Notes under the pieces: model-generated | Database searches by the model: none | The model's input: the letters and a program-made list of their open reading frames with translations, nothing else | Told to the model about the DNA's origin: nothing | From: Squalus acanthias | Taxonomy: Eukaryota | DNA length: 64,000 nt | Assembly (NCBI GenBank): GCA_030390025.1 | Contig: CM059431.1 | Span: forward strand, 115,198,001-115,262,000 | Direction of reading: 5' to 3' | Made by a program: the position numbers and the translations under genes | In this document: positions 50,465 through 62,842 of the stretch, piece after piece | Position numbering within the stretch: the stretch's first letter is position 1 | Layout of the letters: the number at the start of each line of letters is the position of its first letter

Positions 50465-51107
50465 AAAGAAAGAAGAAAGAAAGAACTTGCATTTATATAG
50501 CGGCTTTCACGACCTTAGGACATCCCAGTTTGCCTTACAGTCAATTACGTAGGTTTGAAGCGTAGTCATTGTTGTAATGTAGGAAATGCAGCAGCCAATT
50601 TGAGCACAGCACGGTCCCACAAACAGCAATGAGACGATGATCAGATAACCTGTTTAGTGATGATGGTTGATGGATAAATATTGAGGGAAGTACTCCCCTG
50701 CTCTTCGAATAATGGCCATGATGCGGAGATGCCGGTGTTGGACTGGGGTGGACAAAAGTGAGAAGTCGCACAACACCAGGTTATAGTCCAACAGCTTTAT
50801 TTGAAATCACAAGCTTTCGGAGCGGCTGCTCCTTCGTTATTTGTGATTTCAAATAAAGCTGTTGGACTATAACCTGGTGTTGTGCGACTTCTCACTTCGA
50901 ATAATGCAACGGGATCTTTTATGTCCACCTGCGGATGCAGACGGGGCCTCGGATTTATGTCTCATCCAAAAGAAGGCACCTCCAACTGTGTCAATGCTGC
51001 ACTGAAATATCAGCCTAGATTATGTACTTACATTTCTAGAGTAGCACTTGAACCCACAACCTTCTGACTCAGAGGCGAGAGTGCTACCACTGAGCCAAGG
51101 CTGACAC
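50465..51107 (-). mobile_element. DeuSINE copy interrupted by a Penelope mini-element
   Basis: The SINE sequence resumes after the insertion; head is TGTCAGCCTTGGCTCAGTGGTAGC. Confidence 0.8.
50718..50894 (-). mobile_element. Palindromic Penelope-like mini-element (family B)
   Basis: Duplication CTTCGAATAATG (50703-50714 / 50895-50906); near-identical to 22500-22703 with a different turn-around point. Confidence 0.85.
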
Positions 51108-51559
51108 TGTAACTGTAAATTTAACAAGCTTACCATTGTTCTCTGTATCCAAGCCATTTATGTAAATAACAGCAGCAGTCCAAGCGTGGAGCCCTGTGGT
51201 CCTCCACTCAACAACTCCTCCCAGTCTCACCATACAGGGACAATTTTATGAAATCATGCTCCCGGTGGCAAGCCTCACCTCCCTGAACCACAGGTCGGAG
51301 AATTGCAGGTGAGCTCCCCACGCTTTTACATCCACTAATCCTAATGGGTGGAAAATCGTGGGAAACAATTTTCTCCCAGTGGTCAATGCTTCCTGCCGGG
51401 AATGTGCATTGATATAATCAGCTCTTACAGCTCTCACAAGTACTGTCTGTTTGCTATTTTTTGTCCAACTTCTTGTGCAGTCCCATGTTGTACCATTGGT
51501 TCTAATGATTATGATTTTATTATTAGTTTCTCATATGGGATCTTGTCAAAGGCTTCTAA

Positions 51560-51902
51560 ATGTTGACAGGGTAGATGCAGGGAGGATCTTTCTAGAACAG
51601 GGGGTCACAGTCTCAGAATAAGGGGTCGGCCATTTAGGACTGAGATGAGGAGAAATTTCTTCATTCAGAGGGTGGTAAATCTTTGGAATTCTCTATCCCA
51701 GAGGGCTGTGGAGGCTCAGTCGTTGAGTATATTCAAGACAGAAATCGATAGATTTTTGAATGTTAAGGCAATCAAGGGATATGGGGATAGGGCAGGAAAG
51801 TGGAGATAAGGAAGAAGATCAGCCATGATCTTGTTGAATGGTGGAGCAGGCTCGAAGGGCTGAATGGCCTACTCCTGCTCCTATTTCTTATGTTCTTATG
51901 TT
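51560..51902 (+). mobile_element. CR1 (HER1-like) 3' end
   Basis: GHSLRIRGRPFRTEMRRNFFIQRVVNLWNSL; tail CCTACTCCTGCTCCTATTTCTTATG. Confidence 0.88.
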
Positions 51903-52106
51903 CAATTAAACTGTACTTTAGAGAATTCCACTATTTCACTTGTAATGCCCTCAAAAACATGGCATTTTTAAAGCAAGATTTCTCCCATCTAAATCCAAGC
52001 TAGTTGTTCCTTTTTGTTCAGCTGATAATTTTACTTAGTAAGAGATGTACAAACAATATTAAAGATAATACATGACAAATATTAAAAGTACAATATACAT
52101 ATAACA

Positions 52107-52520
52107 TAAAAGAAAGAACTTGTATTTCTATAGCGCCTTTCATGACCTCAGGACGTTCCAAAGCGCTTTACAGCCAATGAAGTACTTTTGAAATGTAGTC
52201 ACTGTTGTAATGTAGGAAAAGTAGCTGCCAATTTGCACACAGCAAGCTCCCACAAACAGCAATGAGATAATGACCAGATAATCTGTTTTTTAGTGATGTT
52301 AGTTGAGGGATAAATATTGGCCAGGACACCGGGGATAACTCCCCTGCTCTTCTTCGAAATAGTGCCATGGGATCTTTTACGTCTCATCCGAAAGATGGCA
52401 CCTCCGACAGCGCAGCACTCCCTCAGCACTGCACTGAATGCATCAGCCTAGATTATGTGCTCAAGTCTTTGGAGTGGGACTTGAACCCACAACCTTCTGA
52501 CTCAGAGGCGAGAGTGCTAT
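52107..52520 (-). mobile_element. Near full-length DeuSINE (SacSINE1-like)
   Basis: Collinear with 33514-33935. Confidence 0.88.
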
Positions 52521-53820
52521 CACAACACAATGTAAATGCCCATAATAGGTTGCTTTTTAGTAAACTATTAGTTATAGATACTTCTCCAAACTGCTCCTTA
52601 GAATAATTTGTATTAGCATACCCACTATTGCTGTTTGGCTAATGGGCCTATTATTTGGGTCAGATTTGCCCCCTTAATATTTTGATTCACTTTTTATGGA
52701 TGGGGTGGGAAATATCTAATCATAGTTATTTTGCTGCAAAGCCCTGAGCATACTACTGTGGGTTTCCCTGATTAAATCTCAGTTTGTTCCTTAAATGCAA
52801 GTGCTGTTTGTCTCCATGAGTCTTGGCACCTGTACAAAAGACTTGTTTGAGTCTGGCTGCTGTCGGTATGAAAGCTTTTTACTGTATGTGCTACAGGGCA
52901 TTAGAACTTGGAGGTGTGTCTGGTTGACACACCCATCAGATGCGCTGCTCACGCTCCAGATATAACCGGCTTCACTTTGCCGCACCCTGAGCTGAATGAC
53001 TTTGAGTCAAAGTTATGATCAGTGAAGCACTGTCATTACCTACTCTGTTATTTAAAAAAAAAACCTCTTGGCTATGATGAACTTTCTTTCCCACTCCCAG
53101 AGGAAGCTCCATTATAGTTCAGTTAAGGAGCTCAAACCTCAGTAGGATGAGCCTTGCAACAGACCTTGTACACACCCACACACTCGTCCTCTTTATTTCA
53201 TTCTGAATGACATCCACTGCAGTCACCATACAGCAGATGTTGATAATAACAAGGTTCAACTGTATTATTATTGTGGTCAGATTGCTTTCTTAGGCCCAGT
53301 CTGGCCTGAGATAGGGTGTGCATGGAATTTCAGTTCAAAATGCCTGACTCAGGGCCAGCAAACAGTCTGCTGCAGTTGTCCGCACGTAGATACATCACAG
53401 CAATGTTCAAATGGGTACATTGTGCTTCTGTGACCTGAATAGCATTTTGTTAAGGGCAGCAACGTAATGCATTATTTAACGCAACTAAACCAGAACACCA
53501 CAGAATGTACATAATGTTCCTACTATTAATAAAATCCTTTTTTTGAATTGCACAAAACCACACAGGAAAATCCTGTAACTTTGGGCCCATTGCCAAATTG
53601 CAGTCAATACTTTTATCCTGCGCTGGTTTAAAATGTGTTTTGCTGTGGGGTACCATGGCTCTTTTAATAAAGGCTCAAGCCATGCAGCTATGATATGATA
53701 TGTAGCTGCTTAGTACCCATAGATCTTTCTGTGATTTGTTGAACATTAGATTCAGCTAACAGTTCTGGGACTTCCGTCTATACCAGTATAAAGCAGACCA
53801 CTTTGGATGAAATAGATATA

Positions 53821-54574
53821 GGCCCGGATTTTGCGAGGCCGATGACAGCGTACGCTAGTCCTCAGAATGGCCCCGCAAGTTCTGGGTCTGCGTATTGCGC
53901 GAAAACCCAGAACTTGTGATCTGTCAAGTTTCCCCTTGACAGATCGTCCGCTTGCGGCCCCGTAAACACTTCCGCTGCCGCAGAGTTGGGTCATTTGCCC
54001 AACTACTGCCCAGCGAATGCCCACGAAACCCTTACGCCTGATGAAAGCAGACGTAAGGTCTGCTTTTACCAGCGTAAGGGTTAAAATAAATGTTAAATTT
54101 AAAAATTTTAAATGATTAAAGCATACAAAAACATTTAAAATTAGTGCATGTAAATTTTGGGCCAGAATAAAATGTTTTTATTATTTTTCAAAAAATGTAA
54201 TTTTTATTTTAAATCTTTAATCAAAGGGACTTTTAATTAATTTTGAACATGAGAACATTTATTTTTTATTACAATTGTGTTTTATTTGGGGATTTCTGCT
54301 AAGCTTATGGAGATTCCGTTCATAAATGGAATCTCCGTAAGCTTATGAGGAATCTTCCTTTCTAATTGGTTGGCCTGGCTCACGTGATCCCAGGGACGCT
54401 TCCGAACCGCCTGTGTCCCTGGGATCCATGGGCCTTTACGCAGGCGTACGCCCGCAGGCCCAGGACCCGAAGACTCTGAAGCTCCGGAGACACCAGGTAC
54501 TGAGGTGCTTTTGGATTCTTTTTCGGGTAGGAGGCGTACTCTGGAGGTACGCCTCTGACCACAAATACAGGGCC
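53821..54574. mobile_element. Harbinger-type MITE (family M1)
   Basis: TIRs GGCCCGGATTTTG / CAAATACAGGGCC; exact ATA TSD. Confidence 0.88.
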
Positions 54575-54694
54575 ATAGTGATGATGTGTGAAAAATAAAA
54601 TTCATATTTGTTGTCTTGCAAATAAGAAAAGCTTTTTCTTCAAGAGGAACTTATTACTGTAGTTAAGTCTCATAACAATCAGGTAGGGTATAAT

Positions 54695-54982
54695 GGCCCG
54701 TATTTTCCGATCGCAGGCCTCCCGCGGGCTTTCCGCCTGCTTTTACCAGGCATAAGAATTGTAAGGGTTTTCTGCGGGCGGAGGGTCTCCAAAAAGCGGA
54801 ACTATCCGCCCGCAGAGGCCCTTCTCCAGGGCAGCCGGAGGATCTGTCAAGAGGATTCTTGAAAGATCGGAAATGCCGGTTTTCAGCGCATGCGCTGTGC
54901 ATGTCTAAAACCGGCATTTCCGATGTCCCTACGGGTGTGTACACAGCGCGTACCCACCCGTAGGGATCGGAATATCTGGGCC
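54695..54982. mobile_element. Internally deleted M1 MITE (288 bp)
   Basis: Ends match 27189-27883; exact AAT TSD. Confidence 0.88.
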
Positions 54983-55032
54983 AATATTTATCAACTTTCG
55001 TCTTGTTTTTAAAACTAGGTTGGTTGATTCAG

Positions 55033-55783
55033 GGGCAGGAGTTTCCGCTAGGTTGTGCTGTTTCTTTTTCAGTGCAATTTACCCAAAATTGGCCAAACCA
55101 GTGCAAAAGATTGCAGAATTATAAACACAAATTACATTCAGTGCAAATCGAGTTTCCGTGACTTTTGCGCTAGTTTAAAAAACATTGCGCTAGAAGCCGG
55201 CTCTGCCCACAAAACCGGCCGCGCCCCAGATCGAATTAATTACCATGGTGAGTTTCCGCTAATTGTGCCCGTTTTCAAGGAAGCTCTTAAAATTAAGCCT
55301 TTTTTTAGACGCAAGGACACTAATAGGCACGTTTTAAAAGCTTTTGAATGTATACTTTTTTAATTTTCTAAAAACTGACTACTGTACACAAATATAACTA
55401 GTAAATGGTTCTGTATATTTAAAAAAAAATCATTTTCAGTTATTTAAAATCGGGCTACTCACAGGTGGTGGGCTAAACACTCTGATTAAAAATGCTTATT
55501 TTTTGTGATAAAGCCATTTTCAGCTGTATTAATCAAACTGCACAAAGTTACCACTCTTAAATACATCACGGAATATTATTTAAAGCAAAACATTTTGTTT
55601 GAAAAATTACATTCTAAAACACTGCCAGATTGTGCTGGTTCATGGCAGATTTTACGTTCAGCGATATGCAAATGAGTTTGAGCGGAAACGTGAGGAAAAA
55701 AGTACACTTCTCAAAACTAGCGCAATTTTAAGCGCAGTTTGCGCCTGGGTCGCCGATTGCGCCCAAAGCGGAAACTCCAGGCA
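55033..55783. mobile_element. Harbinger-type MITE (distinct family)
   Basis: TIR core GGAGTTTCCGCT / AGCGGAAACTCC; AT-rich core. Confidence 0.7.
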
Positions 55784-57669
55784 AGATGTTTAAAATTAGG
55801 CTTTGCCGCTATAATTTTTGTCATGTTACTTTATGCCTTATAGTCCTGAAGTCTTCTACTAATTCTCATTTTAAAATCATTGACCAACTCTTCGTAAAAA
55901 AAATGGGTTGTGAATAGAATGATTTTTCACAGTGGCGGTATCTTCATTATACAGGGGCCTTAATGCTTTGCTGGTGAATGAAAGAGCACTACATTAAAAG
56001 CAGCGTTCTGCTTCCACATCACAACACTGTTACTACACACACACCCACACACTTGTCTTTTTTTACTCTCTGAGTGCCAAGCAGTGACATCCAGTGCAGT
56101 CACCAGTACAGCATGATCTCTTCTGCATACAGAAAGCACAAATCCTGTTATGTTCCCAAAGGGTGAGTCACTTCCTCGCAATAATCCAGAGATGCTATTT
56201 ATTGCTTTTCCACCAATGTAAGGCTAGTGTCTTTCACAGCAGATATGAGACACCGCCTCCCCCTGGCTGTCCATTAATCAAGTCTTGTTGTGAAATGTAC
56301 ACAGTGTGGCAGTACGGCTTGTAACTGGGGTTTCAGCTGTCTCTAATTTATGGCAATTACAAATTTTTCATGAGCGTTTGTTTTATTTGTTACTCAACTA
56401 CTTCCTCTCTTATTTGATAAGCATGAAGATTTGTAGAAAGCCAGCAACTGCCTAGTTCAAGCATTGCCAAGTTTTTTTGTATCCTTGTACATTTGCTTGA
56501 TCAGAGCAGGTTTCCAGGAGAGAGTCCAAAAACTATGAACTTCTCTTACAGTGGAAAGAGTTTAATATGGTAATGAATAACAAAAGCTGAAGGACTACAA
56601 AGAAATACTTTGGAATTAAATGAATGAATGAACTGCTAGTGGTCTGCTTGGCATAGTGTGGAGCTGTGGTGGTGTGTGGATGTGTGCTGACCCTCAGACT
56701 AGTTGGATGTAGGCTCACGCCTGTGATTCTCCATGCTGAGAGTGTCTGATCTCAGTGGCACTGTTGGGGGAGAGAACACGAGGTTCCCATTATAGTGGGG
56801 GTGTTTCCCCCGAAGAGTGGAGAGGGAAAATTAAAATTAAAAGCAGTCAAAATGAGCACACACTTTTTTTTCTCTCTCCAATTTCTCCTCTCCTCCTGCT
56901 TTTATGATATGGTTCTAAGGGTAGCAGCCACCCTCTAATAGGTTTGTTTAAGTTGACATCCTTCATGTATGGATCTAGATACCGAAGCCCCGATTTTCGC
57001 CCTGAACCCGCCCCATTCCCGCTGGGAGTGACAGCAGACTTGTTTGACTGTGAGAAACATCTCAGCTGAGTCCAATTCCCAACAGCCACACATGTGCACT
57101 TTCTAGTAAGAACTATTGGTTAGTGATCAGGAGTAGCAACTGTAGCTGATTTCCCCCCCACCTTCCGAGACCAGGATTGCCGAGGCCACTGCCACCCCAG
57201 CTGAGACCAGATAACTAGCACAGACTGAGCATCAAACCTGGGATCTCCTTGGTCTGTATGGCTCAGTTCCATACTGGATGGTAGATTTGCTAACTATGTC
57301 ATTGGGGGAACCCTCTGTATACCTCATAGAGCAACCAATTAGCGAGCTGGATTAGCAGTAGTCTAGGAGCAGGTAATCTATCAACTCTCTTCTTCAATAG
57401 AATCATATCTGCAGTACAAGGGGAACTATAAAAATAGATTATAAGAACTGCTTTTAAAACAGTTACTGTATGGTCATACCCCAACTGAAAACAGTGGGAA
57501 TGCAAGACGGCAGGATGAGTTTCATGCACGCATTAGCTACCCATTGTTTCGAATGGGAAATAAAAATACAGTTATCAGTTCCCATCTGCAATTGATTTAA
57601 CCAATGGATAAAATCATTAATTACTTTTCTAATGCATGATATTTTTGTCATTAAAATACATTTCCCTAT

Positions 57670-57892
57670 GCTTTAGAATTCCCTCCCTACATCTCTCCAC
57701 CTTTTCACCTCCCTCTCCTCCTTTAAGATGCTCCTTAGCAACCATCTCTTTGACCAGGTTTTAATCACCTCTCTAATATCTTTTCCTTCGGCTCAATGTT
57801 GATTTTTGTCTGATTATGATTCTGTGAAGCGTTTTGGGATGTTTTTCTACATGAAAGTTGCTATATAAATGCAAGTTCTTGATGTTGTTGTC
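57670..57892 (+). mobile_element. L2 3'-end fragment
   Basis: Reverse complement of 25820-26030; tail CTATATAAATGCAAGTTCTTGATGTTGTTG. Confidence 0.8.
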
Positions 57893-58724
57893 AGCTAAAT
57901 GGAATGTTGCACAGAAGTAAGATTTCATTTGGGCAGTAGGGCAAAGAACTGACATTATCCACCTCATATTATCTAAATTATGTTGCTTACTGACCCAACA
58001 TTAAGGGAACCTGTTAATCTTACAAAGATTCGTTACTCAGAATAAAAATTATTAGACTTGATACTATTTAGTCATTTGTGAATGGTTCCTAAAAGATACC
58101 AATGCTGCATGATTTGTCTTCAGTCTTATAATGCTATTGAGTGTAATAATCTGTTCATCTTAACTTTCCAAATAGAAAATGTGTTCATTTTCACTGTTTT
58201 ACTTCACCGCAATGCTCCTCCATCGTGTTTAGGGGCAAATCTGGTGGAGTTAAGCCTAACCTGCATTTTAGACAAGATGTTCATTCTGGTGCCTGTACTA
58301 TTTCCATCTTACGCCAGTTCCGGCATTTGTGGTTCAGTGTTTGCCATTCTTTGCCACAGAACTTGATATTCCAGTGGACAGTTGATGAACAGCAAATTAG
58401 GCTTTATGTGAACAACAGTGAACTACACTTCAAAAGTGCTTCAGTGGCTGTAAAGCGCTTTGGGACGTCCTGAGGTCATGAAAGGCGCTATATAAATGCA
58501 AGTCTTTCTTTTTGTTCTTATCTTTATTCAATCTAGGCTACTTCTATGGCTTTCAATGACATCTACAATGGAAGCTGGTGGGCATGTCCATAACCTTGTG
58601 GACAATTACCAGCAATGATGTCAGTGATGTCCAGCTGATTACAGCCATAATGTTAACAAAATAGTTCCATATGATTAGTTAATAACAAGAATGACTGCAC
58701 GGTGGGATTAAGTTCAGATTATAG

Positions 58725-59617
58725 GGGGGAAAAATTCAGTTGGTTGCGCCTCCTGTTAGCGCCTTAAGAGGGCGCTAATGGGGCGCAAAGCATCTAGCGC
58801 CCGGGCGCGGCGAAGTTTGCGCCGCTCGCAAAATTAACTAGACATTTTGCGGCGGCGCTAAACACTACCGCCACGATCTCCTGCGCCGGCAGATCATGAC
58901 GTCACTCGAGTGTGCAACGCCCCGGTATCGCCCCGGAGCGGATATTGAGTGGCGCCCCCTGCCTTACCGCCTGACGCTAGCAACGACAGGTTGAGGGGAG
59001 CGTTCTGCAGTCATGAAGGAAAAGGGGGAGCGCTATTTAAAGGTGACCGCTTCCTGCCTTTTATTGTTGGTGCCATTTTTGAACTACGCATTCTGAGAGA
59101 GAGAGGGAGAGACTTCTGGAGAGATTCAACGTTGTGTGAAGGAGTTTTGGGTACTGAGCAGCACTTTGCAGGTTCATTTTGATTTTCCATTCCTTGTATT
59201 GATTTAGCAGAGACTGTGGGGGCTGCACTCTGAGCTCTTTGCCTGGTACTCTCCATTGTTCTTTCCAGCACATTTGATGTGCAAGTCTCTCCAGGCCGAG
59301 ATTCAAGGCTGCAATGAGTAGGATGTGGATGGAAAGCAAGATTAACCATCCCCTTTAAGAACTGGCCCGTGCCATTGTGTGTGTGTTCCATTGCTGACTG
59401 ACATTACATGAGCTTCGCCAGCGCTCTGAGTTAGCGCCTCACTCCTCGGCCTTTGCGCCTTAAGACAGGTGTGCAGCGCCTGATTTAGCGCTCCACTCAC
59501 CTCCCGGGGCGTTAAAAGTGAAGTTTCCAGTCAGTGGCGATAATTAGCGCCAGGCGCTAATTTTTGCGCCCGGACGATATTTGCGCCCCAAACGGGGCGC
59601 GACTGAATTTTTCCCCC
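58725..59617. mobile_element. Harbinger-type non-autonomous element (893 bp)
   Basis: Perfect 16-bp TIR GGGGGAAAAATTCAGT; exact TAG TSD; CpG-rich arms. Confidence 0.9.
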
Positions 59618-60384
59618 TAGGTGTTTTATTTTTATGTTGTAAAGTGTTTTCCGAATATCTTCTTCTATTTAAAGATTCTGAGCTTTAGTTAAACCATGTA
59701 TTTCCTGTTGCGTAATACAGTTTTTAGCTGACTGGGCCTCGCTTTAATAGTAACCATTATGAATTTGTCACTCCTGCTCACTGACTTCCAGAAACATGGA
59801 ACTAAAGGCATATTTTTTTTATCACTGATCCTATAAAGATTCTGTGAGCTTTGTTCTTCCATAGAACTTGCATCTTAAGATTGAGCAGTAACCTTGCTGC
59901 TAGCCTAAGAGATTTCATTTGTTTGTTAGAAGTAAATTGACTACCTACTGAGCAAATTGACTAGCTCTTATCTCAACTTTATTCGGAAATGATCAACCTT
60001 CATTTGGCTGTCCTGATTGCTGGACTGACTGTTCCCATGAAAGTTAAGCACAGGCTCCCCTATAGTTCGGTGAATTTGTTCAGTAGGTAGCTGCAACATA
60101 TAGACCAGGAATGTCCCAAATTCAATCCCTCTTCTCAACTGGGACAATAGTTAATTGTATAGAGTTTGGCTTTGATCGTCCTGGGTAACTAAGGGAAAGA
60201 TTGATCAGGGCCTCTGCTGTGTTGTTCATTTGTCCATATTGTTTTTAGGATTGCTATTAATCCACCATGAAATAATAAATGGATAACAATGAGATAGAAT
60301 ATGGGTAAAAATAATTTTAATTCAGCTGCTCTATTTACAACTCTACTTACAACTTACAACTTAAAAAAGAAAAGGCCTGAAAAT

Positions 60385-62290
60385 CTTTTTTTATATTTTT
60401 CATTCACGTGACGTTGGTGTCGTTGGCAATGCCGGCATTTATCGCCCCTCCCAAGTTGCCCTAAGAAGGTGGTGGTGGGCCTTCTTCTGGAACCACTGCA
60501 GTCCGTGCGGTGAAGGTGCTCCCACAGTGCTGTTAGGGAATTCCAGGATTTTGACCCAGCGACAATGAAGGAAAGGCGATAGATGTCCAAGTCGGGCTAC
60601 TGTGTGACTTTGGAGGGGAACTTGGAGATGATGGTGTTCCTATGTACCTGCTGCTTTTATCCTTCTAGGTGGTGGAGGATGCAGGTTTAGGACGTGCTGC
60701 CAAAGAAGTCTTGGTGACTTGCTGCAGTGCATTCTTTAGATAAAACACCTTGCAGTCACAGTATGTCAATGGTGGAGAGAGTGAATGTTTAACCTGGTTG
60801 ATGGAGAGCTGATCAAGAGGAATGATTTGTTCTTGATGGTGTCAAGCTTCTTGAGTGTTGTTGCAGTAGCACCCATTCCAGGCAAGTGGAAACTATTCCA
60901 TCACATTCCTGGCATGTGCCTTGTTTGGTAGTGGAGAAGCTTTGAGGAGTCTGGAGGTGAGCTGCTTGTGGCTGGTCTAATTGAGTTTCTGGTCATTGGT
61001 ACCCCCAGGATATTAATAGTGGGAAACTCAGTGATGGTAATATCATTAAATGGCAAGGGAAGGTGGTTAGAATCTCTCTTGTTGGAGATGGTTAATGCCC
61101 TGCACTTGTGTGGCACGAATGTTATTTGCCACTTATCAACCCAAGCCTGGATATTGTCCAGGTCTTGCTGCATGTGGGCATGTACTGTTTCATTATCTGA
61201 GGAATTGTAAATGGAGCAGAACACTGTACAATCTTCAGTAAACAGCCCCACTTCTGATCTTATGATGGAGGGAAGGTCATTAATGAAGCAGCTGAAGATA
61301 GTTGGGCCTCGGATGCTGCCCTGAGAAATTGGCCCAGAAATTAAAGATGGAGCCTTCCTGCGGGGGTAAGGCTTCCCCGCGATATCTCACTGCGCGTCTG
61401 CCTTTTCCTTCCGAGCTCGCACGAACTTGAGTTTCTAGACAGCAGCTGTGCAGTGTGTGCGTATCCCACAGACGCAGTTAATTCGTGCGAGCTGTGGGAT
61501 CACGTGATTCAGTTAGAGCCAATGGCAGCACACCATCTTTCATTCATAGTTTTCACAGCAAGGGCTGTGAAAGCTATGAATACTATAACCCCCCAAAAGA
61601 ACAGCTAAACCTCAATTAAATTTTAAAAAAACCATCACATTAATAAAATAAGTATAGTTAAATAAATTAACCACTTTAAACAAAAAATTAAATTTTTGAA
61701 AAAATTTAAAATCTTTTTAAAAGTTATAAAAATAAACTTACCTTTCTTTAAAGTTTCTAAAAAAGATATACCTGTTGAAAAAAATTCAAAATAATACTTA
61801 ATTAACTACTTACCTTGTTAAAAGAGGGTCTTACACCTCCTTTCTTTATGTGCAAAATCTTCCATGCTTACCTGCGCGTTCAAAGCACTAAGTGCACTGC
61901 GTGCGCGCAGCCTGTAGCGCACACGCGGTTCACCTAGGAACCGCCCCCTTTTGAAATCACCAAGTGCCGGTTTTCAGCACATGCGCAGTGCATGCAGAAA
62001 ACCGGCAATTGGAGACAGAATACGCGAGAGTACACAGTGCGTACTCTCGCGTAATGAGACTAATTTTTGGGCCATTACTTCAGCGATGTCTTGGGGTTGA
62101 TATAATTGGCTTCCAACAACCACAGCAATCTTCCTTTGTGTGGGTATGACTTCAGCCACTCGAGAGTTTTCCCCCTGATCCCCACTGACTTCAATTTTAC
62201 TGGGGCTCACTCAGTCAAATGCTGCCTTGATGTCAAGGGCATTTACTTTCACCTCACCTCTGGAATTCAGCTCTTGTGTCTCTATTTTCA
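60385..62290 (-). mobile_element. Older CR1 copy (family of 4489-5780) interrupted by a MITE
   Basis: DCTVFCSIYNSSDNE..QQDLDNIQAWVDKWQ; collinear with 4575-5780. Confidence 0.9.
61331..62073. mobile_element. Harbinger-type MITE (family M1)
   Basis: TIRs GGCCCAGAAATTA / TAATTTTTGGGCC; exact ATT TSD. Confidence 0.9.
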
Positions 62291-62842
62291 ACTAAATTAG
62301 AAGGCACAGTAAGTTGTATAGATGGGAGCAAGAGGTTACAAAGTGACATAGAAAGACTAAGTGAGTGGGCAAAACTATGGCAGATAGAGTTCAATGAAGT
62401 GTGAGGGGTGAGGTAATCTATTTTGGATCTGAGAAAGACAAATCAGAATATATTAATGGTGAGACAGCTGTGGAGGAGCAAAGGAATTTAGGTGTCCATG
62501 TACACAATCACTAAAAACTAGTACACAGGTTCAAAAAGGCCAATAGAATGTTGGCCTTTATGGGTAATCCAGAACAAGGTGGCATATTTAAAAATTGGAG
62601 TTCAGGAGTTAAATCAGAAAGCATCTTTTCATACAAAAGGTAGTGAAAATTTAGAACATTTTCCCCTAAAAGGCTGTAGATGCTGGATCAATTTAAATTT
62701 TTCGAGACTGGGATCGATAGACTTCTGTTAGGTAAGGGTATCAAGGAATATGGATCAAAGGCAGGTAAATGGAATTGATGATCTAACTTGATAACGGAAC
62801 AGGCTAAAGGGGCCGACTGGCCTATTCCTATTCTTATATTCC
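62290..62842 (+). mobile_element. Deleted CR1 (HER1-like) 3' fragment
   Basis: DIERLSEWAKLWQIEFN relic and a tail similar to 12660-12800. Confidence 0.8.
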
